DNA from: Octopus bimaculoides
Taxonomy: Eukaryota
Length of the DNA stretch: 61,984 bases
NCBI RefSeq assembly: GCF_001194135.2
Contig: NC_068990.1
Coordinates: 23,280,351 to 23,342,334 of the forward strand
Reading direction: 5' to 3'
In this document: positions 26,025 to 39,849 of the stretch, in pieces
Layout of the letters: the number at the start of each line of letters is the position of its first letter
How positions within the stretch are numbered: the stretch's first letter is position 1
Notes under the pieces: model-generated
What the model was told of the DNA's origin: nothing
The model's database searches: none
Seen by the model: only the letters and a program-made list of their open reading frames with translations
Translations under genes and position numbers: made by a program

Positions 26025-26452
26025 ACTCTAGGCACAAGGCCCGAAAGTTTTAGGGAGTGGGCCAGTCGATTAGATCAACCTCAGTACGCAACTGGTACTT
26101 AATTTATCGACTCCGAAACAATGAAAGGCAAAGTCGACTTCGGCGGAATTTGAACTCAAAATTTAAAGACAGACGAAATGCCGCTAAGCATTTCGCCCGG
26201 CGTGCTAACGTTTCTTATTTCTTTACTGCCCACAGGGGGCTAAACATAGAGGGGACAAACAAGGACAGACAAAGAGAGTAAGTCGATTACATCGACCCCA
26301 GTGCGTAACTGGTACTTATTTAATCGACCCCGAAAGGATGAAAGGCAAAGTCGACCTCGGGGGAATTTGAACTGAGAACGTATAAAGACAGACGAAATGC
26401 CGCTAAGCATTTCGTCCGGCGTGCTAACGTTTCTGCCAGCTCACCGCCTTTC
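26025..26452 (-). mobile_element. Dimeric SINE family B with fixed linker
   Basis: Two family B units joined by the linker TTTATTGCCCACAAGGGGCTAAACATAGAGGGGACAAACAAGGACAGACAAAG; the same linker occurs at about 8815, 24400 and 47350. Confidence 0.8.
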
Positions 26453-27077
26453 CACTATAGTAATATTGGCTTCTGATTTTCATACAATGCCAAATATTTG
26501 AACTGGATCGTATTTTTGTAGACACCAGGAATGCTGAAAGGTAAAATTGTTATCGACAGGACAACAGAGTGTAAAATAACCGAAGGCTGTGGTTTCCTCT
26601 AAACTTTTCTCCGCCTTTAAAGTCATAACGTAAGACCTAAGTCTCAATCATAAAAGAGAATACGTCGCCTGAATTTACACTTCAGCGCAATGTTTCAGAT
26701 CTGAGAACCCAACCAGCAATTATGGCTAGAAAAATGGCTAGAATAAAATACCGGTTAAATACTGGCTAAAGTATCGTCAACCCGTGTACCCTCATCCATA
26801 GTGTGTGACCCAGGTCACTGTTTATATCTGATTTTAACGAGAAAGAACAAGTTTTATCTAGATCATACAGGCCTCACAGAAAAATTTCAATGACATTTCT
26901 TTAACGTCACTTATAACCCTAATTTTAACCTCGTAACTTTCAACTAGATAAGAATGAATAACCTCTTACGAAAGCGTGATTGGATCTGACGCAATACGTC
27001 AGTCAGACAACAGTTGTCTCGTAACTTTAATCTGCTGCTTTGTGTAAAATGTTCGTTAAACAACTCTTTTGTTTTAG

Positions 27078-27207
27078 TCATACTGTTGAAGAAACCTTGG
27101 AATTGGTATTGAATAGACCTCACCTTAAATGGGTTTGGATAGATATCTTGTGCATTAAGCGATATAATTATTTCAACAATGTTGTCAGGAAGTTGTTATT
27201 GTATTGA
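27078..27207 (+). other. Candidate coding exon or small ORF of unknown product
   Basis: Strong acceptor CTCTTTTGTTTTAG, 42 open codons (HTVEETLELVLNRPHLKWVWIDILCIKRYNYFNNVVRKLLLY*), and AATAAA at about 27249. No partner exon or homologue recognised. Confidence 0.25.
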
Positions 27208-27422
27208 ATATTATTGGTTAAATACCAGGACGTTGAGACTAAGTGATAAATAAATTATAATATTGACGATTGTTTCGCCATCGTTACATCTATGTATTCT
27301 ATGTGTATGTGTGTCTGTGTGAGTGTGTGTGTGTATATATATATGTATATATACACATATATATATATATATATACACACACACATATATATATATATAC
27401 ACACACATATATATATATATAT

Positions 27423-27453
<31 letters not shown>

Positions 27454-28552
27454 CACACNNNNNNNNNNNNNNNNNNNNNNNNNNNNNNNNNNNNNNNNNN
27501 NNNNNNNNNNNNNNNNNNNNNNNNNNNNNNNNNNNNNNNNNNNNNNNNNNNNNNNNNNNNNNNNNNNNNNNNNNNNNNNNNNNNNNNNNNNNNNNNNNNN
27601 NNNNNNNNNNNNNNNNNNNNNNNNNNNNNNNNNNNNNNNNNNNNNNNNNNNNNNNNNNNNNNNNNNNNNNNNNNNNNNNNNNNNNNNNNNNNNNNNNNNN
27701 NNNNNNNNNNNNNNNNNNNNNNNNNNNNNNNNNNNNNNNNNNNNNNNNNNNNNNNNNNNNNNNNNNNNNNNNNNNNNNNNNNNNNNNNNNNNNNNNNNNN
27801 NNNNNNNNNNNNNNNNNNNNNNNNNNNNNNNNNNNNNNNNNNNNNNNNNNNNNNNNNNNNNNNNNNNNNNNNNNNNNNNNNNNNNNNNNNNNNNNNNNNN
27901 NNNNNNNNNNNNNNNNNNNNNNNNNNNNNNNNNNNNNNNNNNNNNNNNNNNNNNNNNNNNNNNNNNNNNNNNNNNNNNNNNNNNNNNNNNNNNNNNNNNN
28001 NNNNNNNNNNNNNNNNNNNNNNNNNNNNNNNNNNNNNNNNNNNNNNNNNNNNNNNNNNNNNNNNNNNNNNNNNNNNNNNNNNNNNNNNNNNNNNNNNNNN
28101 NNNNNNNNNNNNNNNNNNNNNNNNNNNNNNNNNNNNNNNNNNNNNNNNNNNNNNNNNNNNNNNNNNNNNNNNNNNNNNNNNNNNNNNNNNNNNNNNNNNN
28201 NNNNNNNNNNNNNNNNNNNNNNNNNNNNNNNNNNNNNNNNNNNNNNNNNNNNNNNNNNNNNNNNNNNNNNNNNNNNNNNNNNNNNNNNNNNNNNNNNNNN
28301 NNNNNNNNNNNNNNNNNNNNNNNNNNNNNNNNNNNNNNNNNNNNNNNNNNNNNNNNNNNNNNNNNNNNNNNNNNNNNNNNNNNNNNNNNNNNNNNNNNNN
28401 NNNNCCGATAGACTAAGTACTAAGCTTACAAAGAATACGTCCTGAAGTGGATTTGTTCGACTAAAACTCTTTAAGGCGGTACTCCAGTATGGCCGCGACC
28501 AAATGACTGAAACAAATAAGATAGATAGATAGAGGTATGTGCGCGTGTGCAC

Positions 28553-28583
<31 letters not shown>

Positions 28584-28617
28584 GCTCTCTCATAGCCGTG
28601 AAGCCTGTATTTTTTTA

Positions 28618-29045
28618 TCTTTTTCTTGTTTCAGTCATTTGACTATGGCCATCCTGGAGCACCGCCTTTAGTCCAGCAAATCCACCCCAGAACTTTTTCT
28701 TTGTAAGCCTAGTAATTATCCCATCGTTGACTTCTGCCGAACCGCTAAGTTACGGGAACGTAAACACGCAAGCATCAGTTGTCAAGCGATGTTAGGGGGA
28801 CAAACACAGCCACACAAACATATACAAACACATGCATACATATATACATACATACATACATATATATATATATATACACGACGGGTTTCTTTCAGTTTCC
28901 GTCTACCAAATCCACTCACAAGGCTTTGGTCGGCCCGAGACTATAGTAGAAGACACTTGCCCAAGTTGCCACGCAGTGGGACTGAACCCGGAACCATGTG
29001 GTTGGTAAGCAAGCTACTTACCACAAAGCCACTCCTGCGCCTATA
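28618..29045 (-). mobile_element. SINE family A, full length
   Basis: Reverse complement of the family A consensus. Confidence 0.85.
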
Positions 29046-31484
29046 TATTTATATTGTACCAACCACTATCTCGTTTCTTTGTTTACGTCACCATCCGTTA
29101 TCCCCAGTAGCATTTTGCTGTTGACACCACTAAAATGATCAATATTGTCGTTAAAGGCATGATAAGTTTAATGGTCTTTGAATGATAATTAATAAGGAAA
29201 GAGCATTCCACATCTTATGTGTGAATTTTCGTGTGTTCCTTTGTCATCCTTCTGTGCAATTACTGAATCTTATTATACATATATACATACATATTACTCA
29301 ACTACGGTAGTAGTTGAATAATATTCTTAAGGCCACAATTTACTTTCAGAGCTTGTCCCTTATATAGTTCTTAACCAAGTTGAAAAGTCCCTAGCTACAT
29401 TTTGACATAACACAATTGAGATGTGGTCCAGTAGAAAACAGTTTACATCAAAATTTGTAGCAATGTTATAGGAGAGTAAGTAACGCCACCAATCAAGTTT
29501 AGATCTAAATAACTTTTTTTTTTTTTAAAGCAAAATATATTTATCTTAGCTTCAATGATACAAGAAAACATGAATAATTTTATAGTCTTGGAGAACAAAA
29601 AGTCACAAATAACTGGAAGGATAATGAATATTTTAACGCTTTTTAACATGTGCCCTACCTTTGAACTTCGTGGTCAAAAAAGGTCAAAGGTCCTTCTTGA
29701 ACCATTGGTTCATAAGTGCAGGTTTTATGGATCCTGTGGGGTATATATTTCCTTCAAGAACAGAATGCCGGTCCGTCCTAGCATTACTTAATTTTGCCAA
29801 CTGAGTAGACTTAAATCATGTGAAAAGATGTATTTTGCTCAAGAACACAGCGCATCGCCTGGTTTAGGAATCGAAACCACAATCTTACGATCATGAGTGC
29901 AACCTCCCTAACCATTAGGCCGCGTGCCACCACGACTCCCAAAGTCCAGAAGAAATATAATATTCGTTCTGTTCCGCGGGAGCCATCCGTGATATTTATG
30001 CTATAAATCAATGTGCCAGTTTATATAGTGAATGAACTATGACCCAACTATAAATAGTTGATCCAAAGATAGTTAATTCTGGAACACCTTGGATATATAT
30101 GGTTACAAAATTTAGAAAAACACTTCTAATTTATGACAAAATTGGACCACTGGTACAAATGAAAATATGGCGCAAAATGAGTTTGGTAAATAAAGTGTTT
30201 ACTATGTTTCAGAATGTAAGTGTCTAAAGTTGATGTATGGACAATATTTAATACGAAGAGGACAGGTGTAAGCAAAATTTCTAAAACACACCACCATGTA
30301 TATTTTTAATATAAACTTTGTTTTCTCGTTTCAGAACCACACAACTGTCGAGTTCAACATATTAGACACAGTTTGTTTGTGTTCATTGTACGTGACTATT
30401 CATCGCAACAGCAGTAGCCATTCACATTGATAGCAGCAACTAGAAACACCAACAGCGACATCTAGGACTACTAGTACTTGGAATCAAGCGACGTTCACAC
30501 AGTGCTTTGTAGGTTTATTCTGGTTATATATATGTAGATGCTACCAATTTATACTGATCAATTTCTTCTTTATCGAAATCTAAATCTTCTCGATTATTTG
30601 AAGAGAGATTCATAGATAATAGTAAGCGCAACAATATTATTGCATTTGAATTTTCTTGCTTTTATTTTACTTTTCTCTTTCTTTCTTTTTTTCTCGATAT
30701 TTCTCGAAGGCTTTTGAGAAAGTCATTTGTTTGTGTAAAAATTGGCTTCTGCAACAAGTGCTGAAAATATTACTAAAATAATATTTTCATGTCACGTTTC
30801 TAAGAAGAGAATAACAACGGATGTCCATTACATCTATCAGTTAGTTTTGGGGGGAAGAGAGGGAAAAAATGCAATTAAATGTTGCTTTACTTTTTAGTAA
30901 TAATCATTATATTCAGAATCTAATATGAATAACCAATACAAGGGGTCGAGCTGGCAGAACCGTTAGCACTCCTGGTAAAACGCTTAGTGGCATTTCGTCC
31001 GTCTTTATGTTCTGAGTTCAGATTCCGCTGTTGTCGACTTCGCTTTTCATTCTTTGGGGGTCGATGAATTAAGTATCAGTTGAATACTGGAGTCGATGTA
31101 ATCGACCTACCTCTTCTCTCGAACAGGCTGGCCTCGTGCCCAAAATTTGAAATCAGTATGATTCAAATAGTTTCAAGAGAAGCATCTTCTATCGCACACT
31201 TGGGTTCATCATTATATTTTGAGGGAAATCTGGCGGAAGGAAACTATGGGAAATCTACTGTATACACAATCTTAATTTGGAAATAAGGCGCCAATTAGAG
31301 AAGAAACAAATTAAAACAAGAACGAACAACTTATATTTTTTTAATTATTATTTATCTTGTATTTAGATATTTCTAGTCTAAAATAAAAATTCCTTTTCAA
31401 CAAAGCATAGGAAGTGATAAGTGCGTTTGCACCTATAACTCTGACAGTGTAGTAAATAAACAATTATAAATAATCTTCACACAA

Positions 31485-31880
31485 AGGTGCAGGAGTGGCT
31501 GTGTGGTAAGTAACTTGCTTGCCAACCACATTGGTTCCGGATTCAGTCCCACTGCGTGACACCTTGGGCAAGTGTCTTCTACTATAGCCTCCTGTCGATA
31601 AAAGCCTTATAAGCGGATTTGGTAGACGGAAACTGAAAAGAAAACCGTCGTATATATGCATATATATACATATGCTTGTGTGTCTGTGTTTGTCCCCCGA
31701 ACATCGCTTGACAACCGATGCTGGTGTGTTTACGTCCCCGTAACTTAGCGGTTCGGCAAAAGAGACCGATAGAATAAGTAGCAAGCTTATAAATAATAAG
31801 TCCTGGGGCCGATTTGCTCGACTAAATGCGGTGCTCCAGCATGGCCGCAGTCAAACGACTGAAACAAATAAAAGAGTAAG
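31485..31880 (+). mobile_element. SINE family A, full length
   Basis: Same consensus as the copies above. Confidence 0.85.
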
Positions 31881-32351
31881 ACAGTAAACCAAAGAAAAAG
31901 AAAACGGAGCGATTTTCCTGGTATGCTTCACGTCTAGTTGCCACTCTTCAATATATGAGCATTGTTCTTTCTGTCCATATCATCTTCATTTAAGTAACAA
32001 TTACTAATGGAGAAGAGTATTTTTCTTCTGAAGAGCAGCCAAATAGTCATTAAAACATAGCAAAATAATTTCCTTATTTTCGTATGTGGAAAGAGAGTAA
32101 CAATGCATTTGTTGAGTTTCTTTAGCGTGGGCGTTTATAAACTCTACGATTATTACATAAACTCTTTTATTAGATTATGTAAATCCTGCACCATTTGCAA
32201 ATTAGTTCGCTCCAGTAACGTGTTTGAAATAAATAGCAACTACTTTCAAATGCACTTCTTAGTAAGAATGTTTAGTGTAACTTGTGATGTATAGAGTGAC
32301 CCAAAAAGAGCATATGTAAATCAGACGTTATATATATATATGTATATATAT

Positions 32352-32504
32352 ATAAAGTGAAGTATATTTGCCATTTAAATAGACAGGACACAGATATGTG
32401 TCGATAAGCCAGCTGGAGGAGATGTTCTCCTGGGGCTAAAAGCAACAGTAACATCCACCCTTAGGGGTCAGCCACATTTAAATGGCAAATATACTTCACT
32501 TTAT
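32352..32504. repeat. 153-bp element with perfect 29-bp inverted ends
   Basis: ATAAAGTGAAGTATATTTGCCATTTAAAT (32352-32380) and its exact reverse complement (32476-32504), next to (TA)n. Confidence 0.8.
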
Positions 32505-33221
32505 CGTGCAGTTACTGTTAACACCTCGTTCAGAGATTTAACATTGCTTATATATATATATACATACATATATAACAAAAGAGTTGAAGTGGAGTTTCTA
32601 CGCAGGAAAAAATATAGGAAAATGTGTTGTTGAAAATACACCTAAATTTCAAAAACTCGTAATTGTTTAGAATATATTTATTTACATAAATACCAAACTA
32701 GTTTCAACAATATTTTTTGTTTATCAATGGTAAAAGTTTAAAATTATGAATTAGAAAAACATCTTTAAAAGTTTCAATGTTGACAAATTAAAATGTTTCA
32801 ATGTGGACAAATTAACACGTTCAAAACAGATAAATTTAGCATTATGAATCAGAACAGGTGCAAGTTTGAATGTTTATAGCAGTCAATCATTAAAACTGTA
32901 TATCATTTTGCTTGAATGTACAAAGTTCATTAATGTAAGTGGTGATCGACAAGTCATACTGAGTTAAGAGGGAAAAAAACAAGGGTGAAATGAAAATACT
33001 AAAAAAAAATAGGAATTTGGTTTATAGTTTCTCTGATTCTCTTTCCGTAAAAAATAAACTATAAATGTGGCCCAATCGATGTGTTTGTTAATCTGAAGTT
33101 TTCTCCATTTTCAAATCATTTGCATTGGTTCCTGGAGATAATACAGGTAAAGGATACTGATAGTATATACGGATATATTTTTATCCCATAGTCGGTTACT
33201 ACAACCGCTAACTCTGTTTAC

Positions 33222-33285
<64 letters not shown>

Positions 33286-34779
33286 CGCGCGCAGCGGCTC
33301 AGTGGTTAGGGCAGTGGGCTCCCGTTCGGAGGATTGCAATTTCGATTGCCAGACCGGGCGTTGTGCGTGTTTATTGGACGGAAACACCTAAAGCTCTTTT
33401 ACGGGGGGGGGGGCTGTTGTACTATTTCACCCCAACTTTCTCTCACACTTTCATCCCGTTTCTTGAGTAACGTTGCAATGGACTGGCGTCCCGTCTAGCT
33501 GGGGCGGGAGACACACACATATGCCACAGAAACCGGGAAACCGGGCTCATGAGCCTGGCTAGGCTTGAAAAGGGTGCATAAATAATAAAAATAAATAAAT
33601 ATATATATATATAATGTTTCGTTTAGGTATAGCGAGACTAATAATCTGATGTAGAACTCGGTATACGTATGTTTCAGATCAAAGTGTTTTATGAGTATAG
33701 AATGTTAAGAAGTAAAAGATATGACACAGGAAAAGTAACTGTTATGTTATGAGCTTACAACTGTTTCTTCTATAAGATGCAGTGGACACGGAGTTGAGTG
33801 CCTGAATAACATAATGTTGCTTCATCGAAGCCTCAAATATGAAGTCCAATTTATTTGAGGAAAAAAATGTATCTCTGTACAATATACAGTCAAGACATCT
33901 TATTCTTTTACTTGTTTCAGTCATTTTGACTGCGGCCATGCTGAAGCACCGACTTTAGTCGAACATATCGACCCCAAGACTTATTCTTTGTATGCCAAGT
34001 ACATATTCTATCGATCCATTTTGCTGAACCGGAATTTAATTTGTCCGTAGATTTCATAAATCTGAAAACGATATCAGGTCTTTTGGCTACACAATGCATG
34101 CATCTCTTTGATCAACTAGCATATATTTTAATCTGCACTCGTTTCCGTCGTTAGATCGCTGGTGTACTGGGGTACCACCTTGAATAATTTTTAGTCGAAT
34201 GAAGCCTGGTACCTAGTTTACGGGTTTCGTTTGCAAAGCTAAGTTACGGAGACGTGAACACGCCAACACCGGTTGCCAAGCGGTGATGGTGGAGAAATAC
34301 AAAGACACACAGAGATACAGATATATACGACAGGCTTCTTTCAGTTTCCATCTACCAAATCCACTCACAAGGCTTTGGTCGGCCTGAAGCTATATTAGAA
34401 GACACTTTTCCAAGGTGCTACACAGTGGGTCAGAACCCCGCACCATGTGGTTGCGAAGTAAACTTCTTGCTACACAGCCACGACTGTGCTTGTAAATGTG
34501 TACAAATAAAATATTGGAGTTTCGGCTAAACACTCCATCATTCGTCAGACCGGTGAGAGCTGGTAAGCTGAAACTTCGAAGTCACTATTCGTTTTTTCGG
34601 TATAAAGAAATAATAAACCTGCCTATGACTTCAAGGGAAATTTTTCACAAACGATATTCAGCTTCAGCAATTGTCAAATAACGGAGATCAGCCTCTACAC
34701 GCACGCGGAAAAAATATTTCAAATGGCGATGTCAATTCCCGCTAATGGGTATGTAAAAGGAAGCACAAGGTAGCAATAA

Positions 34780-35125
34780 GAAATTTTGTTCCTAATAGTA
34801 ACGTCTTTATCTTCGAATTAATTATGGAGTAATGTTACTCGAGGACGCGTGACTTGGAGATCAGAGCGTCTCTGCAGACCATGCTGCTGCTTCTCCGCAC
34901 TGAGAGATCACAGTTTCGGTATTATGGACATGTGATTAGAATGTCGCACGAAAGAATCGCAAGACAGATTCAAGACGAGCAAATCGGCGAAAGACCTAAG
35001 GGTTGATCAAGAACGATATAGTTGGATAATATCAATAGTCTCAGTTGGTCACGTTTGGAAATCCATCTGGAAAGTGTAATGGTGGTTGCTTCTGATAGTA
35101 CCTTATGGTAGAAGTGCCTGAAGAT
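34780..35125 (+). mobile_element. Degenerate RTE (Expander-like) LINE 3' end
   Basis: From 34851: DLEIRASLQTMLLLLRTERSQFRYYGHVIRMSHERIARQ...GERPKG*SRTI*LDNINSLSWSRLEI, matching the conserved RTE ORF2 C-terminus. Confidence 0.75.
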
Positions 35126-38100
35126 TACTTTTGCTCTTTTCCCAAGAATTATTGGCGGAGAAAATGAATGGATGGACTAAGAAGCATTGTATAATATAGG
35201 TTTCATACTTTGGCACAAAGTCAGCAAGTCCGCGGCGGTGGGGGTGGGGTAAGTCGATTACATCGACCCCGTTGTTCAACTGGTACATAGTCTATGGACT
35301 CCGAAAAGAAAGGCAAAGTCGACCACGGAACTCAGAACATAAATACAGACGAAATACCGCGAAGCATTTTGCCCGGCGTGCCAACGATTGTGCCAGTCTC
35401 CACCTTACAGAACATTGCATAATATATTATGTAATGTATATATATATGTGTGTATATTAAAAATATTTAGTAAAGAAAAAAAAGAAAACAACTATGGTAT
35501 AGTGATTTCGCCGCGTTTTCGCAATCGGGAAGATTACTATTAATCGCTATTCGTTTCTAATATTCCTCCACTTCTTTCTATAAGAATTGCAATGTTTTTT
35601 AAGAGAATCTGTGACGAGTGTATTGAGCACGAAGTTGTGAAAGAAACCGGAAATCATGGTAGTTTTATTTATTATTAACATTGCATGCTTTATCTGCTTC
35701 TATTAAGTTGCGTTTTAATTCCAGTTTATAACAAGTCTAAGTATAAATGGTTTCCGACTGTTATGAATACGACTTCATTATCTTGTATAAAATGAATAAA
35801 TATACAGAGGTCGTGATCTTCAAATCCGATTTATAGTTGAAACAATTTCACTATTTATGCTTTACGCTTAATAGATGTGTTAAAAGAAACGCTTTGCATT
35901 CACTATCTTTATGAATATGTAACGTTAGACCTTCACCCGAAGTCAGTGAGTACATTTTGAATAGATATATCTTATCCACATACATCTGTTGAGGTCAGGA
36001 TTATTGAAAAATTCCTATCGTTGATTCACCCTCTAAATGATCACTAGTTGAACAGATTTGTAATAAAACTTTCTGCCTGTAAACATTCCGTATTTTTAAG
36101 AGTATCTATGACAATATATTTAACGAGTTAGTTCCTTCATTCAGAAAGTAGTGTGAATGAAGGGGGATTTCGCTATACCTTCCAGCAAATCAAATGTTTC
36201 AGAACTAAGTGTTAGATTAGTATAGAGCGGTAAGAAAAAGAGATGACATAGGAAAAAAACAATGTTATAAATGTCATTGGCTTACAGTTGTTTCTGCTAT
36301 AGGATGCGGTGGAGTCAAGAGCTCACCACATCTAATAGCAGAAATAGTTGTAAGTAAATGAAGTTCATAACATTACCATCATTGGTATGCCCGTGTCATC
36401 TTTTCTTACACGCACACACAATTCTGCACACGTAAAGGACACAAAATATGGGGGAGTAAACAAATAGATGTGATAATTTAAATACCTTGCTTCGTCGAAG
36501 CTAATCCTTAAGCTAGTGGATTACTTTTGCTTAATGTGTACGCAATTTAAATCATTTTTGGTTCAGTAAATGAAGTATTTTAGTCGCCCCTATCGCTTAG
36601 CTGTTTGCTTATCCTGCAGAATGCGTAATTCCCTATAGACTTATTTTTTATCTGTCCGAAATACGTCACCTAAAATTTGGAAAGGACTGATAAGGGAGTG
36701 CTTCGCTGTAGAAATCAAATGAGACCGAAACATGTTCACATTAGCGGTATTCTTGCTGAAACTCAGATACCTTTCAACAGCATGTACGAGTCCAAACTAA
36801 TTTAAATTCAAGGGTTATATCCCTGTTCCTTTTGCTAGAACTCACCATCCATCATAATAATTTTTCTTAAATTCCTTTATGTTTTGCAATGATCTGTCTG
36901 CGGCCATGGTGGAGCTCCATTTCGAATGGTCTTTTAGTCGAACAAATCGACCCCAGGACTTTTAGGCCTAGTATTTTATTCTATCGGTTCCGTTTGCCGA
37001 ACTCTTAAGCAATGAGGATGTAAACACACCAACACCAGTTGTCATGCGATGGAGTAGACAAACACAATGACACACACATGTATGTATGTATACGGCGGGA
37101 TTCCTTCAGTTTCCGTCTACCATATCCACTCAAAGCTTTGGTTGGCTCGAAGCTATAGCAGAAGGGCCGTGTCCAAAGTGCCACGCAGTGGGACTGAACC
37201 CAGAACCGTGAGGTTGGAAAACAAGATTTACCACGCAGCTTTTTATTAAAATATTTAAGCTCCCTGCAAGCAATATCAATGACCTTATTTAATTTTCATG
37301 TAGAATACATCTCTCGGCAATTTCTACTCCCTCTCAGTCATTCATTGTTCAAAAGCAGACGAGTTCACTTTGACGCAAAAATAGTACAGAAACACAAAAG
37401 CAAAAGAAAGACAAGAAATGTTAAAGAAAATTTTAAAAAACGTTCAAAATAATTACATTAATATTTTTTGTAGGATGACCCAGTGTATAATTATTAAAAT
37501 TGCCTCGAGCATAGCTCTAAAAAAAAAAAGTACGTAAATTTTAAATCTAATTTTTATTTTAAAAAATGTTTATTTTAAAATTATATTTTTTGGTTTCATG
37601 ATCTGTCAGTATTTTATCTGCTAGCTGATAATGGATAGGAATTTATTGAAGTAGCAATTTATCCATTATTTAAACCTCCATCTAATCTTCCTTGATGTGT
37701 ATTATCAGCTCTCGTTCTTTTGTACAATTTGTTTCTTTCGATTTATTTTCCTTTGTACTGAACGCTCTACAAGTTAGTCTTTTTTTTCTTTAAATTCTTT
37801 TAGATCCATATTCGATTTATTTTTTTAATCCTGCTAGTCACTGAGTTCATGTTCTTCATGAATAATGTCTTAAGGAAGTCAATAGTGAACAACGTAGAAT
37901 ATTAACTTTGTGCACCGTTTAAATTCAGCTAAGATTTCGATTCCAGAGTGAGAATTCTATACAATTCCTCTCAGACATCTGAGGCCTTTGAAATAAATAC
38001 ATAAACAATTTTATATTTACTTGCTTCTTTATAGCTTTTATTTCTTTCAGTAATTAGACTGTGGCCATGCTGGGGTACCGCATTAAAGAACTTTGAGTCG

Positions 38101-38217
38101 AATGCATACCCCAGTATATATACTTTTTTTTAAACCCGGCACTTATTCTATCAGTTTATTTTACTGAATCGCAAGTGAGTGAATATGTGGGTAAATAAAG
38201 CACGCGCGCACGCGCGC

Positions 38218-38250
<33 letters not shown>

Positions 38251-39715
38251 CACACAGTCAGCTTCCATACAGTCTCCGTTTACTAAATTCGCTCACAAGG
38301 CAATGGCCGGTCCGGCATTATATTCGGGGACATTTGCCCAGCATGGCAGCTGTCCGGTGGCAAATGAAAGGGAAAAGATGCGTGTGTGTATGCATATATA
38401 CGTGCATACATATGCACATATAAAGAGGCATGAATCAGACTATAGCAGAAGAAAAACGACATGCGATAAATAATGTTTCTGTACCTCAATTTATTCATCT
38501 AAAATCCATTCCAGTTCTACCTTTTAAATCTTTGATTCCTTTTTGTTTTACCCCGAAAGAGATCTCAAATTAGATTTCTCTCTTCATTCACGTATTACTG
38601 ACGATTGTATTTCACAGTAATTTCTTATTCATTTTAGGTTTCAATTATAGACGGGTGAATGTTATATTGTTTTTATTTCCTCAAGAGCATTAATGCAAGG
38701 AAGCAAATGGATTCTTAGTCACTGAAGTGAATCTAAGAGGAATCTGCATTTGACTTTCTCCAGTCAGGCACAATGCTATTGAAAGCTTTGAACCTTCAAA
38801 GAGGTTTTAGTGAGCGCCATATCGTTTGACTATAAATCTAGATGATGCAAGAGTAGGCGGTCACATGGCTTTCTGTTAACGGCTCGCTAATCAGACAAGT
38901 TATATTCAGTCGTAAACTGAAAACCATGCGGCTGCTGGATTTTGCCTCTTGAAGGGGTTGGTGACAGTATAACGAAATCATATCTGCAAAAGCGTACTTT
39001 CTGGCTCAGATATTGAATTAAAAGTTAAAATCTGGAATTCAGTGATGTTCATGCTCTGATTCTAAGACCTTCTGCTCAAAAATCAAAACGCATAGCCCGC
39101 CCTGGAAATCCGAACCACGATCTGGTATATAACACCCTAACTACTCGCCCAGGCCATTTCAAATTAGGGTTTGAAGGATCAATTTTTATCGAGCCCACAA
39201 GAGTTTAAGTAGACATCGATGGGACTAGAATGCAAATGAGGAAACCTAAATAAAAAAGAAAACCTTCCGATTATCAAAATTTGTTTATTTTTCATAGTTA
39301 TGCAAATAACAGTCATGAATATGAGGATATGAAATTCAAGGTTTTTGAAAATTTAATCGGTGCTTCAGCTAAATACTGAGCTTGTTTAATGGGGCAACCA
39401 ATAACGTGAAACGAGACTCTCCAAAATGATTAAAAGCAAATGTGCTTTATACTTTAATTTCCTGTAAGAATGGGTTCGGTTTTTTCAGTTTTTTTTTTCT
39501 TTTAAGAAATCGGTTTAGTTTTTACGTTTAAAATCGGTTCCTGAACTAATGAGTTCGAGCATGCTGAAATGGTTTTCCAAAAACCAATCTACATTGAGAA
39601 AGTAATATCTGTACAACACGTGTATTGGAATAGTTTAAAAATGAACACTGCAACAAAGTTTCGAAATAACTATTCTTTCAAATGTTAAGATAAACATTAT
39701 TTCATGAAATTTGAT

Positions 39716-39721
39716 TTTAAT
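39716..39721 (-). terminator. Candidate poly(A) signal (ATTAAA) of the H1 gene; alternative AATAAA at 39284-39289
   Basis: The hexamer lies about 130 nt after the stop codon, and no histone stem-loop is visible downstream. The background is AT-rich, so a chance match is possible. Confidence 0.35.
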
Positions 39722-39849
39722 ACAAGTAAAGCGCAAAATATATCTCACATATATAAATATATATCCTGGGAAACGGTCATATTCAGAGAAAATCTTTCAA
39801 ATGAGTTTTTGTCTTTATGTGTCTGTTGGTGCGGGGGTGCTTTGCAAAC

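Noticed and set aside
30334-30625. Exon-like segment with a strong acceptor and a GTAAGC donor
   Set aside because: No open frame or homology; splice-like motifs are common in AT-rich DNA.
34720-34775. ATGGCG start with a GTATGT donor in a CpG-richer patch
   Set aside because: The CpG-rich patch is explained by the adjacent RTE relic, and no downstream exon was found.
38843-38915. Possible C/D box snoRNA (ATGATGC...CTGA)
   Set aside because: Imperfect C box, no terminal stem and no recognisable guide.
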